The notes under the pieces: generated by a model | The model's input: the letters and a program-made list of their open reading frames with translations, nothing else | Databases searched by the model: none | Told to the model about the DNA's origin: nothing | Part shown: positions 10,852 to 20,257 of the stretch, piece by piece | How positions within the stretch are numbered: position 1 is the stretch's first letter | Layout of the letters: every line of letters begins with the position of its first letter | Made by a program: the position numbers and the translations under genes | Origin: Candidatus Doudnabacteria bacterium | GTDB lineage: Bacteria; Patescibacteriota; Doudnabacteria; UBA920; 2-01-FULL-46-14 | Length of the DNA stretch: 64,000 nucleotides | Assembly: GCA_041497195.1 (NCBI GenBank) | Contig: JBGQGB010000002.1 | Coordinates: 172,140 to 236,139, forward strand | Direction: 5' to 3'

Positions 10852-11262
10852 TCATGTGGGGTCCTTTTGTTCTTGGGATGACAAGATTTTCAGGAAGCTC
10901 GGCGCAACACTGATGACGCATCGTCGTCCAGGTGGGTCAAACTTTACTACTGCTGTAATGGGATAATATGCTGGCCTTGCGCCGGCTCTGATCCAATCTC
11001 TTCGCTCTTCAGGCGACCGCGCGGATAAGGCAATCACTGTACCCGTCCTGTTAATATCAGTGTGAAGGACCTTTTTGTTGAGCAGTTTTGCTTCCCAGAA
11101 CTTGATCAGAGCGATGCGTTCGCTTTCCTTCAAGCATTGGTCGGGCGAGTAACCATGAACGAGAAAAGAAATTAGGTGTCTGGCCTGATCTTTGGAAACG
11201 GGAATCGTAATACCCCTAGCGGAGAGAAAGTTGACCTGTCGGTCCGTGGGTTTTGTCGGCAT
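10852..11262 (-). CDS. hypothetical protein
   Basis: SD AGGAGG 5 nt upstream. 136 aa. No recognisable domain. Confidence 0.4.
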   Translation of the reverse strand: MPTKPTDRQVNFLSARGITIPVSKDQARHLISFLVHGYSPDQCLKESERIALIKFWEAKLLNKKVLHTDINRTGTVIALSARSPEERRDWIRAGARPAYYPITAVVKFDPPGRRCVISVAPSFLKILSSQEQKDPT

Positions 11263-11371
11263 AAATCCTCCTGAGACAACCAGTCATGATAATCACATTT
11301 TACTAAAATGTCAACTTCGTTTGGTTAAAAAAATCGCCGGGACTTTCCGTTTAGGAACGTCCCGGCTTTTT

Positions 11372-11623
11372 TCATTTCTGTGTGGTTTTTTTATGTGTTC
11401 TGGGTTTCTTGTGGGCCTTGTGTTTTAGCGCTGCCATGCGTTTGTCTCGGGAGAGGCAGCGCTCCAGCTTGCAAGCATCCTTGAGTGCAGATTTTTCGCA
11501 GGCTTCTTCACAGTCACAGGGCGGGCGCTCTGAGGGGGGAGGGGGAGATTGCTGTGCCCTTATCGCGTAAGTAGGAAGTAGTACCGCAGTGAGAATCAGA
11601 ACCCTCACAAGAAGAGTTTTCAT
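11372..11623 (-). CDS. small secreted Cys-rich, Lys-rich protein
   Basis: Signal peptide MKTLLVRVLILTAVLLPTYAIRA. Then CDCEEACEKSALKDACKLERC and a basic KHKAHKKPRTHKK tail. Confidence 0.4.
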   Translation of the reverse strand: MKTLLVRVLILTAVLLPTYAIRAQQSPPPPSERPPCDCEEACEKSALKDACKLERCLSRDKRMAALKHKAHKKPRTHKKTTQK

Positions 11624-11780
11624 AGGTTCCTCCGTACGGCACGTGCTTGTGTTTCCAAGGGTATACCCATCTGCCAACCCTTACAATCGAACAATCCACA
11701 GCCTTGGTTGTCTGATTCCAACCAGGGGCCTGCTTGCATTTTTTACGAGGTTCTGGTATAGTGTTTTTGATAATAGAAAA

Positions 11781-11800
11781 AGGCCCGCAGAGGCCTTTTA
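11781..11800. terminator. hairpin aggcc-cgcaga-ggcct flanked by A and T runs (possible bidirectional terminator)
   Basis: aaaaaggcccgcagaggcctttt. Confidence 0.35.
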
Positions 11801-11821
11801 AAAAAGACTTAAAAAGAGAAT

Positions 11822-12004
11822 ATGGGGAAAATCATCCAATTTTTTAGAGAAGTCTGGGTGGAACTGGGCAAGGTCGTGTGGCCCTCGCGCCAGGAAGCGC
11901 TCAAGATCACTGGCATTGTCGTGTTCTTCTCCCTGTTGGTGGCGGCTTTCCTGGGTGCTGTAGATTTAGGCTTAGCCCGGCTGCTGGGCTTGTTAATCAA
12001 ATAG
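11822..12004 (+). CDS. secE: preprotein translocase subunit SecE
   Basis: 60 aa with a single C-terminal TM, placed immediately upstream of nusG. Confidence 0.8.
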   Translation: MGKIIQFFREVWVELGKVVWPSRQEALKITGIVVFFSLLVAAFLGAVDLGLARLLGLLIK

Positions 12005-12007
12005 TTT

Positions 12008-12553
12008 ATGCCGCGACAGATATCGACAGGGGAAAAACATTGGTACGTGCTGCATACCTATTCTGGCTATGAGGATTCTGTGGTGCACAATCTGCAGCAG
12101 AGGATCGAGTCCATGGGCATGGAAGACAAAATTTTTGACGTCATCGTGCCGAAAGAGAAAAAGATCAAAATTCGCGACGGCAAACGAGTGACGGTCGAGG
12201 AAAAAATTTTTCCAGGCTATGTGCTGGTCAATATGATTGTGACGGATGACTCGTGGTACGTGGTCCGCAACACCCCGAACGTCACCGGCTTCGTGGGATC
12301 AGGGACAATACCGTCTCCCATCTCGGACGAAGAGGTCAAAGTCATCCAGAAACGGATGGGCATGGAAGAGCCGAAATACAAGATTGAGTTTGCGGTCAGC
12401 GACCTGGTGCGCATTACGGACGGCCCGTTTAAAAACTATGAAGGAAAAGTCTCGGAGATAGACGAGGCCAAAGGCAAAGTCAAAGTTTTGGTTTCCATCT
12501 TTGGCCGCGAGACGCCGGTAGAGCTGGATTTTTTGCAAGCGAAAAAGTTATAA
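12008..12553 (+). CDS. nusG: transcription termination/antitermination factor NusG
   Basis: An NGN domain (WYVLHTYSGYE...) and a KOW motif (FKNYEGKVSEIDEAKGKVKVLVSIFGRETPVEL). Confidence 0.9.
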   Translation: MPRQISTGEKHWYVLHTYSGYEDSVVHNLQQRIESMGMEDKIFDVIVPKEKKIKIRDGKRVTVEEKIFPGYVLVNMIVTDDSWYVVRNTPNVTGFVGSGTIPSPISDEEVKVIQKRMGMEEPKYKIEFAVSDLVRITDGPFKNYEGKVSEIDEAKGKVKVLVSIFGRETPVELDFLQAKKL

Positions 12554-12585
12554 GTAATAATTAGAACTAAGAGGAACGAAGTCGA

Positions 12586-13011
12586 ATGGCAAAAAAAGTA
12601 AAATTGGTAGTGAAATTGCAGATTGCCGCCGGCAAAGCCACGCCCGCGCCGCCCATCGGGACTGCCCTGGGGCCGCATGGGATCAATCTGATGGATTTTT
12701 GCAACCAATTCAACGATAAGACTCGCGACAAGGGCGACTCGGTTATCCCGATTATCATGACGATTTTCGAGGATCGCAGTTTTAGTTTTGTGCTCAAAAC
12801 CCCGCCAGTATCCGATCTCATCCGCAAAGCTTTGAAGATCGAGAAAGGCTCAGGCGACCCGCTCAAAAACAAGGTCGGCAAACTCAGCAAAGCCCAGCTG
12901 CGGCAAATTGCCGAGGCCAAATCCGCTGATCTCAATGCCAACAGTATTGAGGCAGCGGAGCGTATCATTGCCGGCACTGCCCGAAGCATGGGTGTCGAGA
13001 TTGAGAGTTAA
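12586..13011 (+). CDS. rplK: 50S ribosomal protein L11
   Basis: [39 protein letters not shown]. Confidence 0.95.
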   Translation: MAKKVKLVVKLQIAAGKATPAPPIGTALGPHGINLMDFCNQFNDKTRDKGDSVIPIIMTIFEDRSFSFVLKTPPVSDLIRKALKIEKGSGDPLKNKVGKLSKAQLRQIAEAKSADLNANSIEAAERIIAGTARSMGVEIES

Positions 13012-13032
13012 ATTTTTTCGAAGAATCCTAAA

Positions 13033-13707
13033 ATGTCCAAACGCTTTCGAGAAATTCAAAAATTGGTAGACGCAAACACCGTTTACACCCCGGAAGAGGC
13101 TGTGAAGCTTGCCAAACAAACCTCGACTGTCAAATTTGACGCGTCAGTCGAAGTCCACATCAAGCTCAACGTTGACCCCAAACAGACCAATCAGAAAGTT
13201 CGCACCCAGATAGCCCTACCGCACGGCATTGGCAAAAGCATCAAGGTCGCGGCTTTTGTCACCTCCTCGCGAGAAAAAGAAGCCAAAGCCGCGGGTGCTG
13301 ACATTATTGGCGGCGAAGAATTGGTCAAGGAAATCAAGGAAAAAGAGAAAACTGATTTTGACATCGCTGTGGCCGAGCCGGGTATTATGAAAAGTTTGGC
13401 AACAATTGCCAAGATTTTGGGGCAGCGCGGATTGATGCCCAGTCCCAAAAACGGGACCGTGGGTGAGGACGTCGGCAAACTGATACGTGAGCTCAAATCC
13501 GGGCGTGTGGACATCAAGACTGACGACACTGGAGTTGTCCACCAGACCATTGGCAAGGTTTCTTTTGACGACCAGAAGCTTTTGGAAAATTTTATAGCAC
13601 TCAAAGACGCCATTGCCAAAGCCAAGCCCGCCTCGGTCAAAAAGGATTTTGTGGCCTCGATATCGATGAGCTCTTCAATGGGGCCGGGTATCAAAGTGCA
13701 GAGGTAA
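13033..13707 (+). CDS. rplA: 50S ribosomal protein L1
   Basis: Typical L1 sequence, 224 aa. Confidence 0.95.
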   Translation: MSKRFREIQKLVDANTVYTPEEAVKLAKQTSTVKFDASVEVHIKLNVDPKQTNQKVRTQIALPHGIGKSIKVAAFVTSSREKEAKAAGADIIGGEELVKEIKEKEKTDFDIAVAEPGIMKSLATIAKILGQRGLMPSPKNGTVGEDVGKLIRELKSGRVDIKTDDTGVVHQTIGKVSFDDQKLLENFIALKDAIAKAKPASVKKDFVASISMSSSMGPGIKVQR

Positions 13708-13731
13708 AAAACCAACAAGGAGGAGAAGCTC

Positions 13732-13929
13732 GTGAAATCTAAACCCAAGCAGGCAAAGACTGCAAAGAGTTTTAAACGTAAGCGCAGACCTCGGGTTTCC
13801 AGGGCGGAGCGCGTTTTTCGAAAATACTTGAAACGCCGATCCAAAGCGTTTGGAAGAATCGCTGACGCGATGGACCGGGACCCAAGACCACGTCTGGCCG
13901 GAGCAGAAAGTGTTAATTCAACGTCTTAA
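13732..13929 (+). CDS. small highly basic protein (65 aa), hypothetical
   Basis: GTG start with SD AAGGAGG. Very K/R rich (KRKRRPRVSRAERVFRKYLKRRSK). It sits before the terminator that closes the L11-L1 operon. Confidence 0.4.
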   Translation: MKSKPKQAKTAKSFKRKRRPRVSRAERVFRKYLKRRSKAFGRIADAMDRDPRPRLAGAESVNSTS

Positions 13930-13943
13930 ATCAGCTTCGCTTC

Positions 13944-13979
13944 GCGACCAGGAGAGGAGGGCAGACAATGTCCTCCTTC
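13944..13979 (+). terminator. intrinsic terminator
   Basis: Stem aggagg/cctcct followed by a T9 run. Confidence 0.5.
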
Positions 13980-14041
13980 TTTTTTTTTGTTTGCTTTTAC
14001 CTATTTTTTGAGCTAAAATAATTGGGATTAACCGCTCAAAA

Positions 14042-14620
14042 ATGATTCTCTCTGACGACGACATAAAAGCCCAGCTAGGTAAAGGGGAAATCAAGATAGT
14101 CCCAATGCCGGATCTGGGTGTGGCCTTGGGAACAATGTCCATAGACTTGAGACTCGGGCACCAATTTATGGTCTACCAGCGGACAGAGCAGGCTTTTATT
14201 GACGTGAAAAAACCCGAGACTCTGGAAAATTTGACCAGTCTGGTGGAAAAGAAAAGCCACGAGTCTTTTACGATTCACCCTGGGGAGTTTGTTTTGGCCG
14301 CTACTCTCGAATCAGTGGAGCTGCCGAACAATCTGGCCGGTCGCCTGGAAGGGCGCTCCAGCCTCGGCAGATTGGGAATTGTCATCCATTCCACAGCCGG
14401 AAAAGTTGACCCGGGCTGGAGAGGACACCTGGTTCTGGAAATCAGCAATATCGGAGTCGTGCCGGTCAAACTTTACCCGGAGATGCGCATCTGTCAGCTG
14501 GTATTTGAGGAACTCAAATCCGAAACCAGCCAATCTTACACGCGAAGAAAAAGCTCCAAATACAAATCGCAGGACGCCCCAGCGGGGAGCAAAATAACCT
14601 CCGAAGTCGATGAAAGTTAA
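14042..14620 (+). CDS. dcd: dCTP deaminase
   Basis: MILSDDDIKAQL...IDLRLG...GWRGHLVLEISN matches the dCTP deaminase family. Confidence 0.85.
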   Translation: MILSDDDIKAQLGKGEIKIVPMPDLGVALGTMSIDLRLGHQFMVYQRTEQAFIDVKKPETLENLTSLVEKKSHESFTIHPGEFVLAATLESVELPNNLAGRLEGRSSLGRLGIVIHSTAGKVDPGWRGHLVLEISNIGVVPVKLYPEMRICQLVFEELKSETSQSYTRRKSSKYKSQDAPAGSKITSEVDES

Positions 14621-15044
14621 AATCCAAAAACTCGACCCGACAGTGGAGTTGCCGCAATACCGCACCGCGGAAGCCGCTGCTTTTGATTTGGCCGCCAGCG
14701 AGGACGTCTCGATCGCGCCAAGAGAAATCAAGTTCATCAAGACCGGGCTCGTAATCGAGGCGCCGCACGGGCATTTTTTGCTCATCGCCTCCCGCTCCAG
14801 CACGCCGCGCAAAAAAGGCCTCTTGATCCCACAAAGTATCGGCATAATCGACCGGGATTATTCCGGCCCTGCGGATGAAGTATTGCTCCAATTCTACAAT
14901 TTCACTAACGAGACAGTCACTGTGACGAAAGGCGAGAGGCTGGCGCAGGGACTGTTCCTCAAAGTCGACCATGTGGAGTGGGAAGAAGTCAGCTCGATAC
15001 GAGCGCAATCCCGGGGCGGTTTCGGCAGCACCGGCAGCAAATAA
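14610..15044 (+). CDS. dut: dUTP diphosphatase
   Basis: dUTPase motifs AAAFDL, GLLIPQSIGIIDRDY and a C-terminal GGFGSTG. Confidence 0.85.
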   Translation: MKVKIQKLDPTVELPQYRTAEAAAFDLAASEDVSIAPREIKFIKTGLVIEAPHGHFLLIASRSSTPRKKGLLIPQSIGIIDRDYSGPADEVLLQFYNFTNETVTVTKGERLAQGLFLKVDHVEWEEVSSIRAQSRGGFGSTGSK

Positions 15045-15056
15045 AACTTATCCAAA

Positions 15057-15737
15057 ATGAAGCGCGGCAAACTCATCGTCATTGACGGCACGGACGGCTC
15101 TGGCAAAGCGACCCAAACAGTGATTTTGGCCCGCCGGCTTCGCCAAGACGGCTATAGCGTCGTGGTCGAGGATTTCCCGCAGTACGGCAAAAAATCAGCC
15201 GGGCCGGTGGAGGACTACCTCAATGGCAGCTACGGACCGGCGCACGCGGTGGGACCGTATTTGCCCTCGATTTTTTACGCCGTGGACCGTTTCGCGGCCA
15301 GTGAGCGGATCCGCAAGAGCCTGGCGGGCGGCAAAATCGTCATTTGCAATCGCTACGTCACAGCCAACCTTGCGCACCAGGGCGGCAAGATCAGCAGTCC
15401 CCGCAAGCGCGAACGGTTTTTCCGCTGGGTCATCGACCTCGAATACCGCTTGTTCCGCCTACCGCGGCCCGATCTCAACCTCATCCTTCACATGCCTGCG
15501 GTAGTGGCGCAAAAACTCGTGGGTAAAAAAGCCACTCGCGTTTATCTGCGCGGCAAGAAACGAGACATTCACGAGAAGGATTTGGGTCATCTGCGCGCGG
15601 CCGAGCGCGTCTATCTTGAGATAGCCAAGCGCTTCGGCTATCCTGTAGTCGAGTGTTACGTCCGGGGCCGCATCCTCAGTCGCGCGGAGGTAGCGAGCCT
15701 CATAAGAAACGCTATCAAAAAACATTTACGCGTATGA
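15057..15737 (+). CDS. tmk: thymidylate kinase
   Basis: P-loop [15 protein letters not shown] and the DRF motif (AVDRFAAS). Confidence 0.85.
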   Translation: MKRGKLIVIDGTDGSGKATQTVILARRLRQDGYSVVVEDFPQYGKKSAGPVEDYLNGSYGPAHAVGPYLPSIFYAVDRFAASERIRKSLAGGKIVICNRYVTANLAHQGGKISSPRKRERFFRWVIDLEYRLFRLPRPDLNLILHMPAVVAQKLVGKKATRVYLRGKKRDIHEKDLGHLRAAERVYLEIAKRFGYPVVECYVRGRILSRAEVASLIRNAIKKHLRV

Positions 15738-16546
15738 AACAATATCTCGCTATCCTAGACAAAGTCATGAAGGAGGGTATCGACCGACCGGATCGCACGG
15801 GTACCGGCACGCGCGGCATTTTCGGCCATCAGATGCGTTTTGATTTGCAGGAAGGCTTCCCGCTCCTCACCACCAAAAAAATTCACCTCAAATCCATCGT
15901 TTACGAATTGCTGTGGTTTCTCCGTGGCGATACCAACGTCAAGTGGCTCAATGAGCACGGGGTCACCATCTGGGACGAGTGGGCGGACCAAAGCGGCGAA
16001 CTCGGCCCGATCTATGGCAAGCAGTGGACAGCCTGGGAAGGCCAGGATGGCCAAAAGATCAACCAGATTGCGGAAGCGCAGGAAACTATTAAAAACAATC
16101 CTTATTCCCGCCGGATAATCGTCAGTGGCTGGAATGTGGCTGACCTCGCCAGTCTCATCAAAGGCAAAAAGACCGCGCCTCCGCCTTGCCACACTATTTT
16201 TCAGTTTTACGTGGCCGACGGCAAGCTCTCTTGCCAGCTCTACCAGCGCAGCGCTGATTTGTTCCTCGGTGTGCCTTTCAATATCGCCTCCTACGCGCTC
16301 CTCACTATGATGATGGCGCAAGCCACTGGATTGAAAGCTGGCGATTTTGTTCATACTCTCGGGGATACCCATATTTACCGTAACCATTTTGACCAGGTGA
16401 AGCTGCAGCTGACCAGGCAGCCAAAGGTCCTGCCGAAGATGAAAATCAATCCTGCGGTCAAAGACATTTTTAGTTTTAACTACGAGGATTTTATGCTCGA
16501 GGGGTATGATCCTGACCCTGGCATCAAAGCCCCGATCGCGATCTGA
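15734..16546 (+). CDS. thyA: thymidylate synthase (ThyA type)
   Basis: MKQYLAIL...[12 protein letters not shown]...[11 protein letters not shown]. The ATG at 15734 overlaps the tmk stop, and the upstream M at 15653 in the ORF track is rejected. Confidence 0.9.
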   Translation: MKQYLAILDKVMKEGIDRPDRTGTGTRGIFGHQMRFDLQEGFPLLTTKKIHLKSIVYELLWFLRGDTNVKWLNEHGVTIWDEWADQSGELGPIYGKQWTAWEGQDGQKINQIAEAQETIKNNPYSRRIIVSGWNVADLASLIKGKKTAPPPCHTIFQFYVADGKLSCQLYQRSADLFLGVPFNIASYALLTMMMAQATGLKAGDFVHTLGDTHIYRNHFDQVKLQLTRQPKVLPKMKINPAVKDIFSFNYEDFMLEGYDPDPGIKAPIAI

Positions 16547-17025
16547 TGCTCACTCTCGTGGCAGCTGTTGCTAGAAACGGTATCATCGGCCGGGAAAACG
16601 ATTTGCCTTGGGATCTTCCCGAGGATCGCAAACATTTCCGGCAGCTCACTTCCGGCAAAACAATCCTCATGGGCCGCAAGACTTTTGAGTCAATCATGAA
16701 GCGAAACGGCAAGCTGTTGCCAAACCGAACCAATGTCGTAGTGACGCATGACAAAGCTTACCAGGTTCCGCCCGGCGTGCTCCTGTATTATTCATTGCAA
16801 GACGCTTTGGAGGCGCTGCAGGGCGAGCAAGATGTTTGCGTGATTGGCGGTGGCCAGATTTACCAGCAGACCATGCTGCTGGCGCAGAAACTGGAGATCA
16901 CGCACGTGGACATGGATGCGCCCGGGGATGTGAGTTTTCCGGAAATTGATCCGAAGGTCTGGGAAAAAACCGGGGAGGAACCACACCAGGGCTACACATT
17001 TGCAACTTACGTCAGAAAAAAATAA
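16546..17025 (+). CDS. folA: dihydrofolate reductase
   Basis: [22 protein letters not shown]...GRKTFESI. A TGATG overlap joins it to thyA. Confidence 0.85.
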   Translation: MLTLVAAVARNGIIGRENDLPWDLPEDRKHFRQLTSGKTILMGRKTFESIMKRNGKLLPNRTNVVVTHDKAYQVPPGVLLYYSLQDALEALQGEQDVCVIGGGQIYQQTMLLAQKLEITHVDMDAPGDVSFPEIDPKVWEKTGEEPHQGYTFATYVRKK

Positions 17026-17036
17026 TCGTTTTTGAA

Positions 17037-17061
17037 AACCAGCCAGAAGCTGGTCGTTTTT
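17037..17061 (+). terminator. intrinsic terminator after folA
   Basis: accagc-cagaa-gctggt then cgtttttt. Confidence 0.7.
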
Positions 17062-17092
17062 TGGCTTTCGTCGCAAGCCGGTTTTGGAGCCT

Positions 17093-17121
17093 GTTGCAGT
17101 TTCGGCTGTCTTTGCTAAAAT
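17093..17121 (+). promoter_or_regulatory. candidate sigma70 promoter for prfB (TTGCAG-17-TAAAAT); the ATG lies 6 nt downstream of the -10, implying a leaderless mRNA
   Basis: Motif spacing read directly. There is no SD before the ATG at 17128. Confidence 0.4.
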
Positions 17122-17127
17122 ACCTTC

Positions 17128-18223
17128 ATGAATGATAACAGTCTTACTGAACGGATCAATAAACTGAAGTCTGAGGTCGACTCGCTGCGGAGGCATCTTT
17201 GAGCTGCCTCAAAAGAAACAGAAAATTTTAGAGCTGGAAGACAGGATGCAGCAACCAGGCTTCTGGACTGACCAGAAAGCCGCGCAGGTGACGGCGAAAA
17301 AACTCAGCAATTTGAAAAAACAGATTGATTTTTGGGAAAAGCTGGACTCAGACGTCAAAGAACTGGTAGAATTGGCGGCGATAGTGCAACGCGAGGGCGA
17401 TACGGGGATGGAAAAGGATCTGGAGAGGCGCCTGGTGTCTCTGCGCGAGCGCTATGAACACACCAGGATCATGACTTTTTTCAACGGCCCGTACGACGAC
17501 CACGACGCGATCCTTTCGATCCACGCGGGTGCGGGCGGACTGGATGCTCAGGATTGGGCGGACATGCTGCTGCGGATGTATTTGCGGTTTTGCGAGAAGC
17601 AAGGGCTTAAAACCTCATTTATTGATCAGAGTCGCAATCCCGAAGGGGGCATCAAGAGTGCAACTCTGGAGGTAAAGGGAGATTATGCATACGGCTATTT
17701 GCGAAGCGAGGCTGGAGTGCACCGGCTGATCCGTTTGTCGCCTTTCAATCCCGCTCATACTCGCGAAACCTCGTTTGCCCTGGCGGAAGTGTTACCAGTC
17801 CTGGAGAACCAGGAGGACCTGACGCTTGATCCCAAAGAAATCAAGATAGAAGCGAAGACCGCTCGCGGACACGGGGGGCAATCGGTCAACACTACCTATT
17901 CCGCGATCCGGATCACGCACTTGTCGACAGGTATCACGGTCTCTATCCAAAATGAGCGCAGCCAGACGCAGAACAAGGAACAGGCTGTGAAAATCCTCAT
18001 GGCCAAACTCAAGAAATTGGAGGAAGAAAAACAGCTCGAAAAAAAACTGAAACTCAGAGGCGAATTCAAAAGTGCTGAATGGGGCAACCAGATCCGCAGC
18101 TACACGATCCATCCCTACCAGCTCGTCAAAGATCACCGGACTGATTACGAAACAGCTGACGTGGACTCAGTTTTTGCCGGCAATTTGGAAGATTTTATCG
18201 AAAAATATCTGGAAAATGATTAA
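17128..18223 (+). CDS. prfB: peptide chain release factor 2, with programmed +1 frameshift (frame 0 17128-17199, then +1 from 17201)
   Basis: Frame 0 runs MNDNSLTERINKLKSEVDSLRRHL to CTT-TGA at 17197-17202, with an internal SD-like GGAGG 3 nt upstream. The +1 frame continues ELPQKKQKILELEDRMQQPGFW... and carries the RF2-specific SPF motif and GGQ. Confidence 0.85.
17189..17202 (+). promoter_or_regulatory. RF2 autoregulatory +1 frameshift site (GGAGG-CAT-CTT-TGA-G)
   Basis: It has the same architecture as the E. coli prfB recoding site. Confidence 0.8.
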
Positions 18224-18896
18224 ATTCGATCACATCACAAAAGTTTATACCAAGGAAGTCATTGCCCTCCACGATATTGACGTAGAAATCGAGAGCGGGG
18301 AGTTTATTTCCATTGTCGGTCGCTCAGGCGCGGGAAAAAGCTCTCTATTGAGGCTCATCATCAGAGAAGACCTGCCCACGCAGGGCACCATATTTATAGA
18401 GGGAGTGGATATTTCCACAATCCGCAACAAAGACATTCCTTATCTGCGCCGAAAAATCGGCATGGTCTTCCAAGACATCAAGCTCTTGCCGAGCCGAACC
18501 GCTTTTGAAAATGTCGCTTTTGCCATGGAAGTCGCAGGCGTACCCAGGGCCGCGATCAAAGCCGAAGTGGCAGAAATACTCGCCCTTGTCGGCCTCGAAG
18601 AAAAAACAACCGCTTTTCCGCATCAGCTGTCAGGAGGAGAAAAACAGCGCGTCGCCATCGCCCGGGCACTGGCGCACAGACCAGCTTTGCTTTTGGCGGA
18701 CGAGCCGACCGGCAATCTTGACGAGGACAATGCCATGGAAATCCTCGAAGTCCTCAGAAAGATAAACGAACTCGGTACCACGGTGATTTTGGCCACGCAC
18801 GCCAAGGAGCTGGTGGACAAGATGCGCAAACGTGTTATCGTTTTGGAAAAGGGTGAAATCGTATCCGACATGGCTCAGGGAAAATACAAACTATGA
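18216..18896 (+). CDS. ftsE: cell division ATP-binding protein FtsE
   Basis: MIKFDHITKVY, Walker A GRSGAGKSS, and the ABC signature LSGGEKQR. It overlaps the prfB end by 8 nt, and the ORF-track start at 18072 is rejected. Confidence 0.85.
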   Translation: MIKFDHITKVYTKEVIALHDIDVEIESGEFISIVGRSGAGKSSLLRLIIREDLPTQGTIFIEGVDISTIRNKDIPYLRRKIGMVFQDIKLLPSRTAFENVAFAMEVAGVPRAAIKAEVAEILALVGLEEKTTAFPHQLSGGEKQRVAIARALAHRPALLLADEPTGNLDEDNAMEILEVLRKINELGTTVILATHAKELVDKMRKRVIVLEKGEIVSDMAQGKYKL

Positions 18897-19807
18897 ACGG
18901 CATCACATTCGGCAGAGTCATCAACAACGGGTTTATCAATTATTGGCGCAATTTTTGGCTGTCCGCGGCGGCGACCGCGATAATGGTCATCACGCTGTTC
19001 ATCATCAGCAGTCTTCTGGTACTCAACGCGCTCGCCAGTATTGCGCTCAGTTCCATCCAAGAAAAAGTGGATATTAGCGTGTATTTCAAACCAACCACGT
19101 CCGAACTCACTATCACGCAAATCCAAGACCAATTGCAAGTGCTTTCGCAAGTTAAATCCGTAACTTATATCCCGTCAGTAACCGCGCGGGACAAATTTAA
19201 AGAGCTGCACAAGGACGAGCCGCTGCTCCTGGAATCAGTCGACCAATTTTCAGACTCAGACAACCCGTTTCCCGCGTCTTTCGCGATCCGGGTAAACAGT
19301 CTGGCCGACTACGCGACCATCATCAATATTTTCCAGGATCAGAAATTCCAGCCGTATGTCGAGAAAATTACTGACAAACGCGATGTCGTCGACAGGCTGA
19401 CTAGCATCACGCGCGGGGTAAAACGTATCGGCTTGGGTCTGATAGCCATTTTCAGCGCAATTACGCTGATTGTGATGTTTAATACCATCCGCCTGACCAT
19501 CTACAACCGGAGGGAAGAAATTGAGATAATGCGCCTGGTTGGGGCTTCCAACTGGTTTATCCGCGGCCCATTTGTCATAGAAGGCGTTTTTTACGGGCTG
19601 GTTGGGGCGCTGATTACTTCTGGGCTCATGTACCCGCTCATTTACGTTTTGGCGCCTAAAATCTCCAAATTTCTAGAACTGGACGTGTTTAGCTATCATT
19701 ATCTAGGCTTAAATTTTTGGGGGCTTTTGGGTCTGCAAATGGTCACAGGAATAGTCTTAGGTGTGTTTTCTTCGCTGATCGTCATTCGGCGCTATCTAAA
19801 AATCTAG
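18893..19807 (+). CDS. ftsX: cell division permease FtsX
   Basis: Four TM helices and the FtsX box MRLVGASNWFIRGPF. Confidence 0.8.
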   Translation: MNGITFGRVINNGFINYWRNFWLSAAATAIMVITLFIISSLLVLNALASIALSSIQEKVDISVYFKPTTSELTITQIQDQLQVLSQVKSVTYIPSVTARDKFKELHKDEPLLLESVDQFSDSDNPFPASFAIRVNSLADYATIINIFQDQKFQPYVEKITDKRDVVDRLTSITRGVKRIGLGLIAIFSAITLIVMFNTIRLTIYNRREEIEIMRLVGASNWFIRGPFVIEGVFYGLVGALITSGLMYPLIYVLAPKISKFLELDVFSYHYLGLNFWGLLGLQMVTGIVLGVFSSLIVIRRYLKI

Positions 19808-19810
19808 TTC

Positions 19811-20257
19811 ATGAAAGTCGTCTTGCTAAAAGATCAAAAGGGCCTGGGTAGGACTGGCGACATAGTCGAGGTGTCTACAGGATACGCGAGGAATTTTTTG
19901 TTTACGCAAAAACTCGCAAGCGCAGCTGACGAGCGAATCATCAGCGAAATCCAGTCCAAGCGGGCGCAAAACCAAAAACTTTCAGAGATGAGAAAAAAGA
20001 ACGCTTTGCAGTTGGCTCAAAAACTGGCCGGTACAGTCGTGGAATTCAAGGTGCCGGTGGATGAAAAAGGCCATTTATACGCTGGCTTGAAAGAAGAACA
20101 AATTCTCGCTAAGATACCTTCTGGGGGCAAACCATCCAGTCCAGACGTAAGACTGGTGGATTACAAACCTATTAAAACTGCGGGAATTCACAAGGTTAAG
20201 TTGATACTTGATATGAGCACGCAAGCTGAATTAACTCTAGCCGTAAAAGGCGCATGA
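19811..20257 (+). CDS. rplI: 50S ribosomal protein L9
   Basis: [30 protein letters not shown]. Confidence 0.85.
   Translation: MKVVLLKDQKGLGRTGDIVEVSTGYARNFLFTQKLASAADERIISEIQSKRAQNQKLSEMRKKNALQLAQKLAGTVVEFKVPVDEKGHLYAGLKEEQILAKIPSGGKPSSPDVRLVDYKPIKTAGIHKVKLILDMSTQAELTLAVKGA

Noticed and set aside
15653-15733. Upstream extension of thyA (MLRPGPHPQ...)
   Set aside because: It overlaps the tmk coding sequence in another frame. The conserved ThyA N-terminus begins at MKQYLAIL (ATG 15734) with an ATGA junction.
17246-17248. ATG at 17246 as the prfB start
   Set aside because: It is an internal Met. The true start is at 17128, joined through the CTT-TGA +1 frameshift. The N-terminal 25 residues and the recoding site are conserved features of RF2.
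18072-18215. Long N-terminal extension of ftsE
   Set aside because: It lies inside prfB in another frame. The FtsE homology starts at MIKFDHITKVY.
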